From the NCBI GenBank assembly GCA_965541585.1, contig CBEUCH010000001.1, positions 320,001 through 384,000 on the forward strand: a stretch of 64,000 nucleotides of DNA. The letters are read 5' to 3'. Numbering within the stretch: the stretch's first letter is position 1; the number at the start of each line of letters is the position of its first letter. The DNA comes from an uncultured bacterium. GTDB lineage: Bacteria; Zixibacteria; MSB-5A5; UBA10806. The notes below the pieces were generated by a model. It was given only the letters and a program-made list of their open reading frames with translations. It searched no databases and was not told the DNA's origin. Below are positions 38,894 through 47,853 of this stretch, piece by piece. The translations under genes and the position numbers were made by a program.

Positions 38894-41749
38894 TTAATCT
38901 GCCAGATTGAGCTTAATTGCAGCATATCTGGCAGTCTCGGCGATAACCCGGTCTGCGGCATTGCCCAGTTCACGGAGGGTCCCGGCGAAACGCCTGTTTT
39001 CCTGCTCAGCGATAAGATACAATGTGCATACGATAAGCCAGCGGACATTGCTCTTCAGAAGCATATAGAGCCCTTCGTCAGTTGATTTTAGGCTGAAGCC
39101 CCAGAGGCGCTCGGTATGTTTGAGCAATGACCGGATCAAAACAGTTTCCACAATCGGGATTATATATTTTTTTAGGTCGGAATCAAGAATATTATCGAGA
39201 AATTCTACGGCGTCGGCCCTGAGGCCGGGCTTTTCGCTGGTTATCCCCAGATACGCATTATAGATATCCCGGGAATAGTAGTTAAGGCTCAAGAGACGAA
39301 ACATCCTCTCCATGCTCCGTGCGAGGCTTTCATGCAGCGCTCTGGTGATGAGGCGTCTGGCCTGTTTGCCGCTGCGCTCGCCGCCAATCCGCGTCGGAAT
39401 CAGGCGATGGGCACGGCGGTCGAATCTGTAGAGAACGGCATTCAGTTTGTAGTAATTTTCGGCCTCCGCCAGAATACTCCTTTCGATAAGCTGAGAATCC
39501 AGCTTCAACATCGGGTAGTGTTCCCTTAGCTTGTTCAGACCCCTTATGGTTTCATAGCGAAGAGTCAAATCCTTGTGCGTTAAATTCTCATACAAGGTAT
39601 TGACCGCCCTTTTTGAGCCAATAAGGGCCAGGACCTTCGGTATCCTGGTTCTTACCCGCATGTTTTCGTCCGGATCATTGTAGCGTTCCATCAAAGGATC
39701 GATGACTTTATCGCCGTATTCAGCCAGGGATTCGCGAACATCTATGGCCACTGCACGAGTACCGAGGTGGGATATCAGAATCGGAATGAACTCTTCTGAT
39801 CGAGTTTCGCCGGCGCTTATCACGGCCGCCTTCAGGATTTCCGTGGACTCATCGCCCAGCAATCTTATCAGAGTAGCATTCAACTTCGGAATTTTGACCA
39901 TCCCCATAATTTTTGCAATATTTAACTTCAAAAGCCTGCTCTGTTTGTCGGAAGGTCCTGACCATTCGATTCGGTCGACCAGTTCTTTAATCAATCTTTC
40001 CAGTTCGATTATGTTGCCAAACGGTTTGCCTTCTTTTACCGCCAGGGCGGCGCAGATCAGGGCTGATGTCTTGACTTCGATGCTGGATTGAGACAGAAAT
40101 TCCCGAAAAGTTGACTCGGGGTCATCTGAATGCATGCAGATATAGCTTATCGCCTCTATCCTGACATCCTGGCTACCATCCGCAATGAGCGATCTGGCCT
40201 CTGTGGTGAAATCCTCGGTTTCATAATGAGAGATCATCCCGAGAACCCGGGCCTTGATTTCTGCTGACGGGTGTTGGAGCAGTCTTTTCAGATGCGGCAG
40301 CAATAAGTCATTTCTTGTGTCTTCGAAAAGATTTAAGACATACAGGATCTGCCTTTCGTTAACGCTGTCCAGCACCCTCAACAGACTCTTTACTGTTGAG
40401 GAGTCGGTCCCGCTCAACGACAGTTCATCGATGTCTATCGTTCGTTTCTCAATGGCACGGCGAAATGAATTGACGTATTCCTTTTTCATTTTCATTATAA
40501 TGAATATCCAGAAGCAGATCAGTGCAATAATGAAAAGACTCACGTACCTAATTGGAAGATTTATGCCGGTTATCAGGGCAATTAATAACAGGCCTCCCAA
40601 ACCCATGGCCAGACTATCTATGAAAACATCGACGATACTCTTTGCCTGATTTTTCACCAGCGCCGGGACCGGAATTGAAAGCAATTCCATGCCTGCTTTA
40701 TTCACTGATTGCTTGAGGCTACCCTCGGTGACTTTGATAAATACTGCCGACCAGAGAGCCGGGCTGAAAAGACTACCCAGGGCTCCTAAGAAAACGCCGG
40801 CCGGCAAAAAGAAGAGGGCCCGGGCAGTGCCCATCGATTTGAGAATTCTGCCGGTCAAAAGTAATTGGATGATAAGAGCCAATATGCTCAGATTCGAGAG
40901 CCAGAAACCGAAAAAGGCGGTGAGTTGATCCTGATCGGGAATCTCGCTTGAGGCTAATGCGCTGAATTGGAAATCAACCAGGCTGGCCACGATTACACCG
41001 ACGCCCACCATTGCGGCGGTCAAAGCAAGATGCCTCGATCTGGTAAATAGCCTTATGGGATTGCCAGTTTCAAACGATTGCTTCATTCGCCTTTGAGCCT
41101 GAATCCTCTCCCGAAAACTATGTTTTCCGCCACTTTGCCAGATAACTGACATTAATATGAGACTGGATATCATAAAACCGATGGCGAAAAATAAGAGATT
41201 CGAAGTCTCGAGAAGAGGGGCTAAATAGCTGGTAAGATACCCACCGAAGATACCGCCCGAGATCGCTCCGGCGCCTATCAGGCCAAATAGCCTTTTTGCT
41301 TCACGGGCGTTAAATACATAATTTGCCAGAAGCCAGAATTGGGTTGTGGATATGACTCCGAAGATCGAAACCCATATATAGAACAGATAAAGAAACCAGG
41401 CTGCCGTCATATTGAGATATAAGAAATACCAGATGACCAGGAGATTAAAGACAACGATTAGCAGGGTGGCCGAAATCAGGTAATTGAGGCGAACTTTTCT
41501 GGAAAGTCGCCAGTATAGCGATACTACAATTCCTGATGCGATAGATACCATGATGAAAGCATATGGAAGCTGTTTTACGCCAAGATAAGTAAGAAAAAGG
41601 GAATTGCGAACCGGCTTTAAAATCATCAACGACGCGATAACAAAGAAAATATAGGCAAACATCAGGGAGACCCTGAAACCCTCGCCCTCTCGAATGCCAA
41701 ACAATTTTTCGAAAAGTGTCTTCATAATGACTGGATTGGCAAGATACAA
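38894..41749 (-). CDS. NTT/Npt (ATP/ADP translocase family) MFS transporter fused to HEAT repeats
   Basis: LKPVRNSLFL, FNAREAKRLFGLIGAGAISGGIFG, QAKSIVDVF, about 12 TM, then about 500 aa of HEAT-like helical repeats; start may be ATG 41725. Confidence 0.88.
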   Translation of the reverse strand: MYLANPVIMKTLFEKLFGIREGEGFRVSLMFAYIFFVIASLMILKPVRNSLFLTYLGVKQLPYAFIMVSIASGIVVSLYWRLSRKVRLNYLISATLLIVVFNLLVIWYFLYLNMTAAWFLYLFYIWVSIFGVISTTQFWLLANYVFNAREAKRLFGLIGAGAISGGIFGGYLTSYLAPLLETSNLLFFAIGFMISSLILMSVIWQSGGKHSFRERIQAQRRMKQSFETGNPIRLFTRSRHLALTAAMVGVGVIVASLVDFQFSALASSEIPDQDQLTAFFGFWLSNLSILALIIQLLLTGRILKSMGTARALFFLPAGVFLGALGSLFSPALWSAVFIKVTEGSLKQSVNKAGMELLSIPVPALVKNQAKSIVDVFIDSLAMGLGGLLLIALITGINLPIRYVSLFIIALICFWIFIIMKMKKEYVNSFRRAIEKRTIDIDELSLSGTDSSTVKSLLRVLDSVNERQILYVLNLFEDTRNDLLLPHLKRLLQHPSAEIKARVLGMISHYETEDFTTEARSLIADGSQDVRIEAISYICMHSDDPESTFREFLSQSSIEVKTSALICAALAVKEGKPFGNIIELERLIKELVDRIEWSGPSDKQSRLLKLNIAKIMGMVKIPKLNATLIRLLGDESTEILKAAVISAGETRSEEFIPILISHLGTRAVAIDVRESLAEYGDKVIDPLMERYNDPDENMRVRTRIPKVLALIGSKRAVNTLYENLTHKDLTLRYETIRGLNKLREHYPMLKLDSQLIERSILAEAENYYKLNAVLYRFDRRAHRLIPTRIGGERSGKQARRLITRALHESLARSMERMFRLLSLNYYSRDIYNAYLGITSEKPGLRADAVEFLDNILDSDLKKYIIPIVETVLIRSLLKHTERLWGFSLKSTDEGLYMLLKSNVRWLIVCTLYLIAEQENRRFAGTLRELGNAADRVIAETARYAAIKLNLAD

Positions 41750-41814
41750 GAATGAGCGCTAATAATAAAGATGGAAATCGCCGGATAAAACGTTCGGATC
41801 GGAATGCCAGTCCT

Positions 41815-43143
41815 TTATTCTATTGGCCTTTCGGTCGTTTTTGTCCGGAATTGATTTCCTGCGTAACGAACCGCAATAATCCAGATTAGCACGACAGCGG
41901 CTGTTCCCAGTGACAGCCAGCGGATACTGGAGAATTCGGTAAAAATCGACGTGATCGCCAGGCTCACCCCGACGGCGATAACCTTGGCAAACCTCTGCAC
42001 AAACATATCTATGAAGGCCTTGGCCTTATACTTCTCGTCGCGGCTGGTGGGAACATAAAGCGTTTCCTTGGCCGATTGATTTATGGAGTAGGAGAAGCCG
42101 TTGTCTGCAGTGTTCAAGAAGCTACCCATCCATAGAATGGGCATCGCCATAAAACCGGCAGAGCCGACCAGGATTGCTACCGGCAGAATCATTAAGGCCG
42201 TTTTTACCCCAAATCTGGTCATTATGAAGCTTGTGAGGAAAAGCTGCACCAGCAGCGAGACCCAATTTGTAATCGAGAAAACGGTTGAGAATTGTTTCCC
42301 AATGGCAGGGCCGTCCAGATAATGTTCGATGGTGGCGGTGAACTGAAAATCCATCATAGTGGAGACGATCTCATATAAGCCCACGATGGCGACTATGGAG
42401 AGCAAATACCGGGAGTTAAAAACCAACCTGGCGCCCTCGATAGCGGGATTGCCTGCCTGTTTCTTAGCATCATCTTTCGGTTTTGGGTGCTCCGGAGGAG
42501 GGTTCTTTTTTACAAGGCTGCCCGCAATAGCGGCAATGGCAGTTATCAACAAGGCGAAACCAACACAAATCCATAACCAGTATGCCAGGGAAACCTGCTC
42601 GATCCAGATCCTGACAAAAGTGCTGCCGAATACGCCGCCGGTTACACCTCCCAGGCCTACCAGTCCGTAAAGACGCCTGGCTGATTCAGGGGTGACGCTG
42701 TCATTCAAGAACGCAAAAAACGTACCCACCATCAGGGTGCTGAAAAGATCGCCAAATAGATAGAACGACCATACAGTTATGTCGCCGGGGTTATTCGCTG
42801 CCAATAATATATAGGCGAAATATCCGAAAATGAAGAATCCTGAAAAAATAAATGTTAGTTGCTGCCTGCGGAACCTGCGGGCCAGGTAAGTGAATACTGC
42901 CACTGCAAAGAAGGCGACGACCATGTTGAGCACCTTTGCCAGGAGCTCAGCCTGCGAACCTCTCAGGTGCCACGATAACAGGTCGAAACCGGTTTGATCG
43001 TAGAATTGGATGAAGAGAGATTTTTTAATCGGCTTGAGAATCCAGAAGCTGGTAATTACCAGGAAGAAATAAGAGAACATCAGAAGTGATAAAGGCAGTT
43101 CCTCTCGCCTGATGTTCATTATTGCTCTCAGCGGATTTGCCAT
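41815..43143 (-). CDS. NTT/Npt (ATP/ADP translocase family) transporter, stand-alone
   Basis: LKPIKKSLF, ARRLYGLVGLGG, YSINQSAKETLYVP...KYKAKAFIDMFVQR. Confidence 0.88.
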   Translation of the reverse strand: MANPLRAIMNIRREELPLSLLMFSYFFLVITSFWILKPIKKSLFIQFYDQTGFDLLSWHLRGSQAELLAKVLNMVVAFFAVAVFTYLARRFRRQQLTFIFSGFFIFGYFAYILLAANNPGDITVWSFYLFGDLFSTLMVGTFFAFLNDSVTPESARRLYGLVGLGGVTGGVFGSTFVRIWIEQVSLAYWLWICVGFALLITAIAAIAGSLVKKNPPPEHPKPKDDAKKQAGNPAIEGARLVFNSRYLLSIVAIVGLYEIVSTMMDFQFTATIEHYLDGPAIGKQFSTVFSITNWVSLLVQLFLTSFIMTRFGVKTALMILPVAILVGSAGFMAMPILWMGSFLNTADNGFSYSINQSAKETLYVPTSRDEKYKAKAFIDMFVQRFAKVIAVGVSLAITSIFTEFSSIRWLSLGTAAVVLIWIIAVRYAGNQFRTKTTERPIE

Positions 43144-43249
43144 TATTGGCCTCGCAAACTGCTGAATTCTGTCTGAATTTGTTTAAAAAGACAGGGCATA
43201 TCGATAATCCGAAAAGAAATTATAGCATATTCCGTCAGGGCTTTCACAA

Positions 43250-44509
43250 TTATCTGTCGATAATCCGGAATTCATCGATCAACGGATCAGCCAATATTGA
43301 ATCGCCGGTTGCCTCGAATATCTTTACTGAAAGAACATCTTCATAGATATTTACCAGACTGTAATGATATTCTTGCAGCTGCTTTAGCTGTCTGACGTTT
43401 AAACCCTTAGCCTCGAAATCCTGTGCATATGAATTCAGGGCTTCGGAATCCGCTATCGGCATCAATGGAGCACCGCCTCCGCCGCCGACAATGAAATGAA
43501 TTTCTTGGCCTGGTGTTGCGGCGGAGCTATCGGCATACAGGACGTTGTGCTGGTAGAAATGATCGTGCCCTGAAAAAACCAGACGGACGCCATATTCTTC
43601 GAAGAGGTCTATTAATTTTCCGCGCTTGTTCAGCAGGTCTCTGCCATTGGATTTCTGATGCCAATCGTTATGATGTCTTCCAAAAGAGATGGGCGGCTGG
43701 TGTATGGCGACTATCTTAAAGGGCACGTTGCGGGATGAAAGTTGCTTTTCCAACCACGATGGTTTGTCATCATCGGGATCGGAGACGAACCATTTTTTGA
43801 AAAGCTCATCCTGCAGGTCATCATCGATATGACCCTTCTGGTCGAGGATGAAGTTGGCATCGACTACGAATAGCGCCCCGTCGGGGAAATCGATCACATA
43901 AAATCGAGGATATTGGAATATTGCCTGATAGTTTTTTAAGCCGAAGGTTGTGTCGTTAGCCCTTTCATGATTGCCGATTGCCGGGACGAAAGGGATCTCG
44001 TTCAGCAGGGGATGCTCAACCTTATTCATGTTCAAAAAACGGACCCAGTGCTCAGGTCGCCTGCCATCGTGAGCACAGATATCTCCGGTATTTAGAATAA
44101 AATCGACCTTGTTGCTCGTAGCGGCATGGTAAATAGCATCACGTACCATACGTTGCTCGTTAGCGGCATAATCAGGTTTGTGCCTGAACCAGTTAATCCC
44201 GCCAATGACGCCATTACCAAGCCAGTAGAGCTCGTAGAAAGGGAAGATTAGCATTTTCCAGGTTGCCCAATTATCTTTCCGGATAAATCTTTCGTAAGCG
44301 CGCCAGCCGGCCTGGTTGTCACTGTATACGAGAAACGTGGGATTTTCCCGGAGGGGCTCGTCGGCCAACAGTTTCGGTACCCGATAAAAGCTCTCGGGAT
44401 ATTTTTCAGAGATAAGTCCCACACGGGCGCAGTTGAAACTCAACATAAAAGACAGCAACACTATAAAGATAGTGATTCGAGAAGGAATATTGTGCTTTTG
44501 GCTTATCAC
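43250..44509 (-). CDS. Exported (probable lipoprotein) calcineurin-like metallophosphoesterase
   Basis: SDNQ, TGD, GNHE, H(QPP), GHDHFY; signal peptide ending LSFNC. Confidence 0.88.
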   Translation of the reverse strand: MISQKHNIPSRITIFIVLLSFMLSFNCARVGLISEKYPESFYRVPKLLADEPLRENPTFLVYSDNQAGWRAYERFIRKDNWATWKMLIFPFYELYWLGNGVIGGINWFRHKPDYAANEQRMVRDAIYHAATSNKVDFILNTGDICAHDGRRPEHWVRFLNMNKVEHPLLNEIPFVPAIGNHERANDTTFGLKNYQAIFQYPRFYVIDFPDGALFVVDANFILDQKGHIDDDLQDELFKKWFVSDPDDDKPSWLEKQLSSRNVPFKIVAIHQPPISFGRHHNDWHQKSNGRDLLNKRGKLIDLFEEYGVRLVFSGHDHFYQHNVLYADSSAATPGQEIHFIVGGGGGAPLMPIADSEALNSYAQDFEAKGLNVRQLKQLQEYHYSLVNIYEDVLSVKIFEATGDSILADPLIDEFRIIDR

Positions 44510-44519
44510 CTATTGAAGC

Positions 44520-46238
44520 TCATTCCTGGCGTCTCAGGCCTATTAGAGTGTATTCGCCCGAGATTATATCATACTGAAGGTAGACCTTTACCCATCTGCT
44601 CCATTTTCCGTTCCCGTTCCGCTCGACCCTCAGGGCGAATTCCAGCTGATAGTTCTCGTCAGTGGGAAGGTCACCAGGTATCTCAATAGACGTTGAATTT
44701 CCAAGATCTTTATCTTTTCTGAATATTTCTCCATTGATTCTCAGATCATAACGGTACCTGGCCAGGTTTTTTGATTCGAGATTTCTATCAACGGCGAGAT
44801 CGACGAAACTGAGCTTCTGCGCGCCTTCCGGATCTTTATCCAGCTCGAAATAGTCAAGCGGATTAACTTTAGAAAACCAGTGGCGTCCGATAATATCCCT
44901 GCGTTGCTTCAAAGTCTCCAGCAGATAAGCCTCTGCCTCGGGATCGCTGTATTTCCCCTGCCTGGCGACGGTTTCAAGTTGCTCATCGGTAAACGACGTG
45001 ACAAGCTTTGCGCCCCAGTAACCGTCGAGATCAGTCATCAGGTCGAATGCTGGATTCGGTATATTGCTCTTGAACTTGCCTGGTTCGAAGAAATCCGATT
45101 TATAGCGACCGATTGAAGTGAATTGAAAATCGGTGTCTTTTTCCCATCCTTCCACGTTTAAGCCCAGGCTGAGAGTATTTTCCATAATATCCCTGGGATC
45201 GAACTGGTTCACGAATCCTGCCTCCGGTGAAAATGGACTATGAGCGGCGCTTCCCAGAGTCGAACCGAAATCGATGAGAAAATGCCTGACATAGCTTTTG
45301 CCATTCTCAGTTACGTAGGAATCGAGGGAGTTCCCGTCTTTGGTATCGGTGTGCTTGAGCCAGGCGCTCATCACCTTCAAGCCGCGCAATTCCCTGCGAT
45401 GCTGGTGTGGTATGAGATCATTCGGATCATCTTCTCTGAAGCCCTGGTATCTGAACGGCCCGATTGGTGTACCGGGGACGTATTTGCTGGCCAGGGCACG
45501 TATGCGGCCGTCCGGAAGAATTTCGATCTTTTTCAAAATCCTTTCCAGATCCTCCCCGGTCATAAAAGCCTTATGGCCCTTCTCATCTATGAATTTAACA
45601 TCCCCTTCCAGTCTCAGAATATCCGGATGAAAATAGACAAGGTAGTTTTCAGGCGTGTTATATCCGGCGGCATAGAACAGCTTGGTCGAGATGACCTCGG
45701 CGCCGGTCGCGAGTTCGGAATATCCTTTCGGGTCGAATTTTATCAAATACATTTCGCCCTTGGTATCCCTTATGGTGAACCCGGGTGTTACTCCCTCCAG
45801 CTTGGCCCGTATGATTGTCCAGACACCGTTGACTTCGGGGCCGCTTCCTTCGTTGGGCCCTCCGGCAATATCCTCCAGGTTTAGACGTTTTATTGCATTT
45901 CTATTCGTGAACCAGCTGGAATTGTCAACCTCATCAAACGAATTAAGGTTTAAAGCCTGTTTCGGCCGTCCCGCCAGATGTCTTAGCTGACGGGAGAAAT
46001 CCAGAGATTCTCTTACCTGCTGGAACGCAACCTTGTCTATAACATCGTATATAAGAGGGATTTTTCTCGATTCGGGCTGGCGAGGAACGTGTTTGGTGTC
46101 ATCGGGTATCGCGGGCGAGGGAACAAATAGATTCCGGCCGGAGCAGCCGGAGAAAATACCGAAAGCAACCAGCACCAAAATCGATGCAGTGATAGGAGAC
46201 GAGAATATGTGGTGAGATTTTAAATCCGTCTTAGCCAT
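44520..46238 (-). CDS. Lipoprotein with atypical kinase-like fold (HipA/PI3-PI4K/CotH-like)
   Basis: Lipobox FSGC; EGVTPG loop, YLIKFD (catalytic Lys), AEVIS (alphaC Glu), HTDTKDGN catalytic loop, IDFG. Confidence 0.75.
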   Translation of the reverse strand: MAKTDLKSHHIFSSPITASILVLVAFGIFSGCSGRNLFVPSPAIPDDTKHVPRQPESRKIPLIYDVIDKVAFQQVRESLDFSRQLRHLAGRPKQALNLNSFDEVDNSSWFTNRNAIKRLNLEDIAGGPNEGSGPEVNGVWTIIRAKLEGVTPGFTIRDTKGEMYLIKFDPKGYSELATGAEVISTKLFYAAGYNTPENYLVYFHPDILRLEGDVKFIDEKGHKAFMTGEDLERILKKIEILPDGRIRALASKYVPGTPIGPFRYQGFREDDPNDLIPHQHRRELRGLKVMSAWLKHTDTKDGNSLDSYVTENGKSYVRHFLIDFGSTLGSAAHSPFSPEAGFVNQFDPRDIMENTLSLGLNVEGWEKDTDFQFTSIGRYKSDFFEPGKFKSNIPNPAFDLMTDLDGYWGAKLVTSFTDEQLETVARQGKYSDPEAEAYLLETLKQRRDIIGRHWFSKVNPLDYFELDKDPEGAQKLSFVDLAVDRNLESKNLARYRYDLRINGEIFRKDKDLGNSTSIEIPGDLPTDENYQLEFALRVERNGNGKWSRWVKVYLQYDIISGEYTLIGLRRQE

Positions 46239-46256
46239 CGATTCAGTCTATCATTC

Positions 46257-47537
46257 TTAGTTAAGGTCAAGGTGGATACGGACAAGGTCGCGACTCTTGC
46301 CGGCCTGTAATGTTACCAGGTTGCCGTCCCGCTTCCAGATACGAATTCCGCCCCCGAACGTAACTTCGAAGTCATCGCCGGAAATATGGTCGAATATGTC
46401 GGGCGCGACCTGACCGGCATCAACAAACACAAAAGCGTCCAGATTCCGGGGCATTATGGGGTAACGATACTCTACGGAGCCGATCATGCTGTCGCGATCC
46501 CGGAATCGTCCCCGTTTTAATCCTCGAATCGTTTCCGTTCTTCCGATTTCACTCATGTGATAAAACGGGATTTCTTTGCCGGATATCGGCTCTGATTTCC
46601 GGGCGGCAAAACGCACCACGAGATACCGGCCATAGAATAGATGGATGTAACGAGCGATGTCCGCTGTGGCTGCAAAAAAGCCGTACCGGTCGCCCCCGGT
46701 CTGGCGAAAGGCTTCTCCGGAGAACTCAATTTCCCAACCACCGGTGGGTTTCCCGGGGTGATTTCTGGAATCGTAATGAATCGAAAGCCCTGCGCCATAT
46801 AGCTCGACGCCGGTCTCCAATCCCGGCAATGAGCTGCCGAATTGGACGGTTGTGGATGGAGTACTTGAGTCCTTTCCCTTCAAAATGCTGTTTCGTTCAT
46901 AGAAAATAGAAATATCCGCTGCCGCTTTTCCCCCAAATCTCCTTCCGAGGGAAAGTCCCGCCCTCACCTGCTCAAATGCAAAATTGGTTTCGTCATCTTT
47001 GCCGGTACTCATTCCGATTCCATAGAATGCCTCATCAGGCATAAGGGTATATTGAGTTGTCAGACCGGCCTCCAGGGCTCCGTCCGCAATATCAATTCTT
47101 CTCAAGCGAAACCTGTATCGTTGTCGCCATCTCAATCCTGCAGTTGCCGCCAGATCGAGTCTTGACTGATCGGAGATAAGACCCTTTTGATAATATTTCA
47201 ACCCGCCACCGGAACGGGATGCGTATTTTGGTACGAGCCCCCTGCTGCCGTCATCGGCGACCATGAAATCTGCCAATTCCACAACAAACGGGACCTCAAA
47301 ACTGATTCCGGTGACGAGATCTACACCTTTGAGTACAATATGGAAAGGCAAATAGAGCAATTTCCCCGGCGCCGAGACGATTCTTTCCCAGGTCGAATGA
47401 CCTGGAAATCTATCAGGGTGGTTTTCTGTCGCATTTGTATCGGGCGGCGATTGTGGATCGACCCGTTCCGAGAGCGCCTGTTCGGAAACTATAGGAGCAA
47501 ACGCAAGCAGAAGAGAAATGGAGATTATTTTTTTCAC
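46257..47537 (-). CDS. Omp85/BamA-TamA family outer-membrane barrel without POTRA domains
   Basis: YDSRNH, TIRGLKRGRFRDR (Omp85 RGY/F-like lid loop), EYRYP, FVDAGQV, GGGIR; likely start GTG 47537 (MKKIISISLLLAF). Confidence 0.85.
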   Translation of the reverse strand: MKKIISISLLLAFAPIVSEQALSERVDPQSPPDTNATENHPDRFPGHSTWERIVSAPGKLLYLPFHIVLKGVDLVTGISFEVPFVVELADFMVADDGSRGLVPKYASRSGGGLKYYQKGLISDQSRLDLAATAGLRWRQRYRFRLRRIDIADGALEAGLTTQYTLMPDEAFYGIGMSTGKDDETNFAFEQVRAGLSLGRRFGGKAAADISIFYERNSILKGKDSSTPSTTVQFGSSLPGLETGVELYGAGLSIHYDSRNHPGKPTGGWEIEFSGEAFRQTGGDRYGFFAATADIARYIHLFYGRYLVVRFAARKSEPISGKEIPFYHMSEIGRTETIRGLKRGRFRDRDSMIGSVEYRYPIMPRNLDAFVFVDAGQVAPDIFDHISGDDFEVTFGGGIRIWKRDGNLVTLQAGKSRDLVRIHLDLN

Positions 47538-47623
47538 TTTCTTAAGATCCTGTTTTCCTGAATTCTTCCAAAATGTAAATAAGCACGATGGCAACGCGAT
47601 CTGATTACGCTACCGTGCTCGCT

Positions 47624-47716
47624 TTATTGAATTGTAAAACCAATATAGTCGAGTCCTGGTTCCTTCAGACATCTCAGATGCCCGAACTTCTCGCGGCTGT
47701 GCTGAATAGAGTCCAT
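47624..47716 (-). CDS. Putative 30-aa leader peptide (MDSIQHSREKFGHLRCLKEPGLDYIGFTIQ)
   Basis: AGGAG 7 nt before ATG 47716, directly after the promoter and followed by a hairpin at 47582-47619. Confidence 0.45.
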   Translation of the reverse strand: MDSIQHSREKFGHLRCLKEPGLDYIGFTIQ

Positions 47717-47744
47717 AAGCTGTCTCCTGCCTTTCAGGCGACAA

Positions 47745-47773
47745 ATTATATCTAAGTCGCTTCCAAAGGTCAA
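47745..47773 (-). promoter_or_regulatory. Sigma70 promoter of the Omp85-kinase-NTT operon
   Basis: TTGACC-N17-TATAAT on the minus strand. Confidence 0.75.
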
Positions 47774-47853
47774 TTTGGATTTCTGGCTTTATCTAAATGC
47801 AGATCAAACTATAATTCAGTTGATTATGAACACGGTTTCATTCCGGCAAGAGG

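Noticed and set aside
47640..47740. Glycine riboswitch (GGAGA...CTGAAGGA-like words)
   Set aside because: The conserved CUCUCAGG segment is absent; a leader ORF explains the region better
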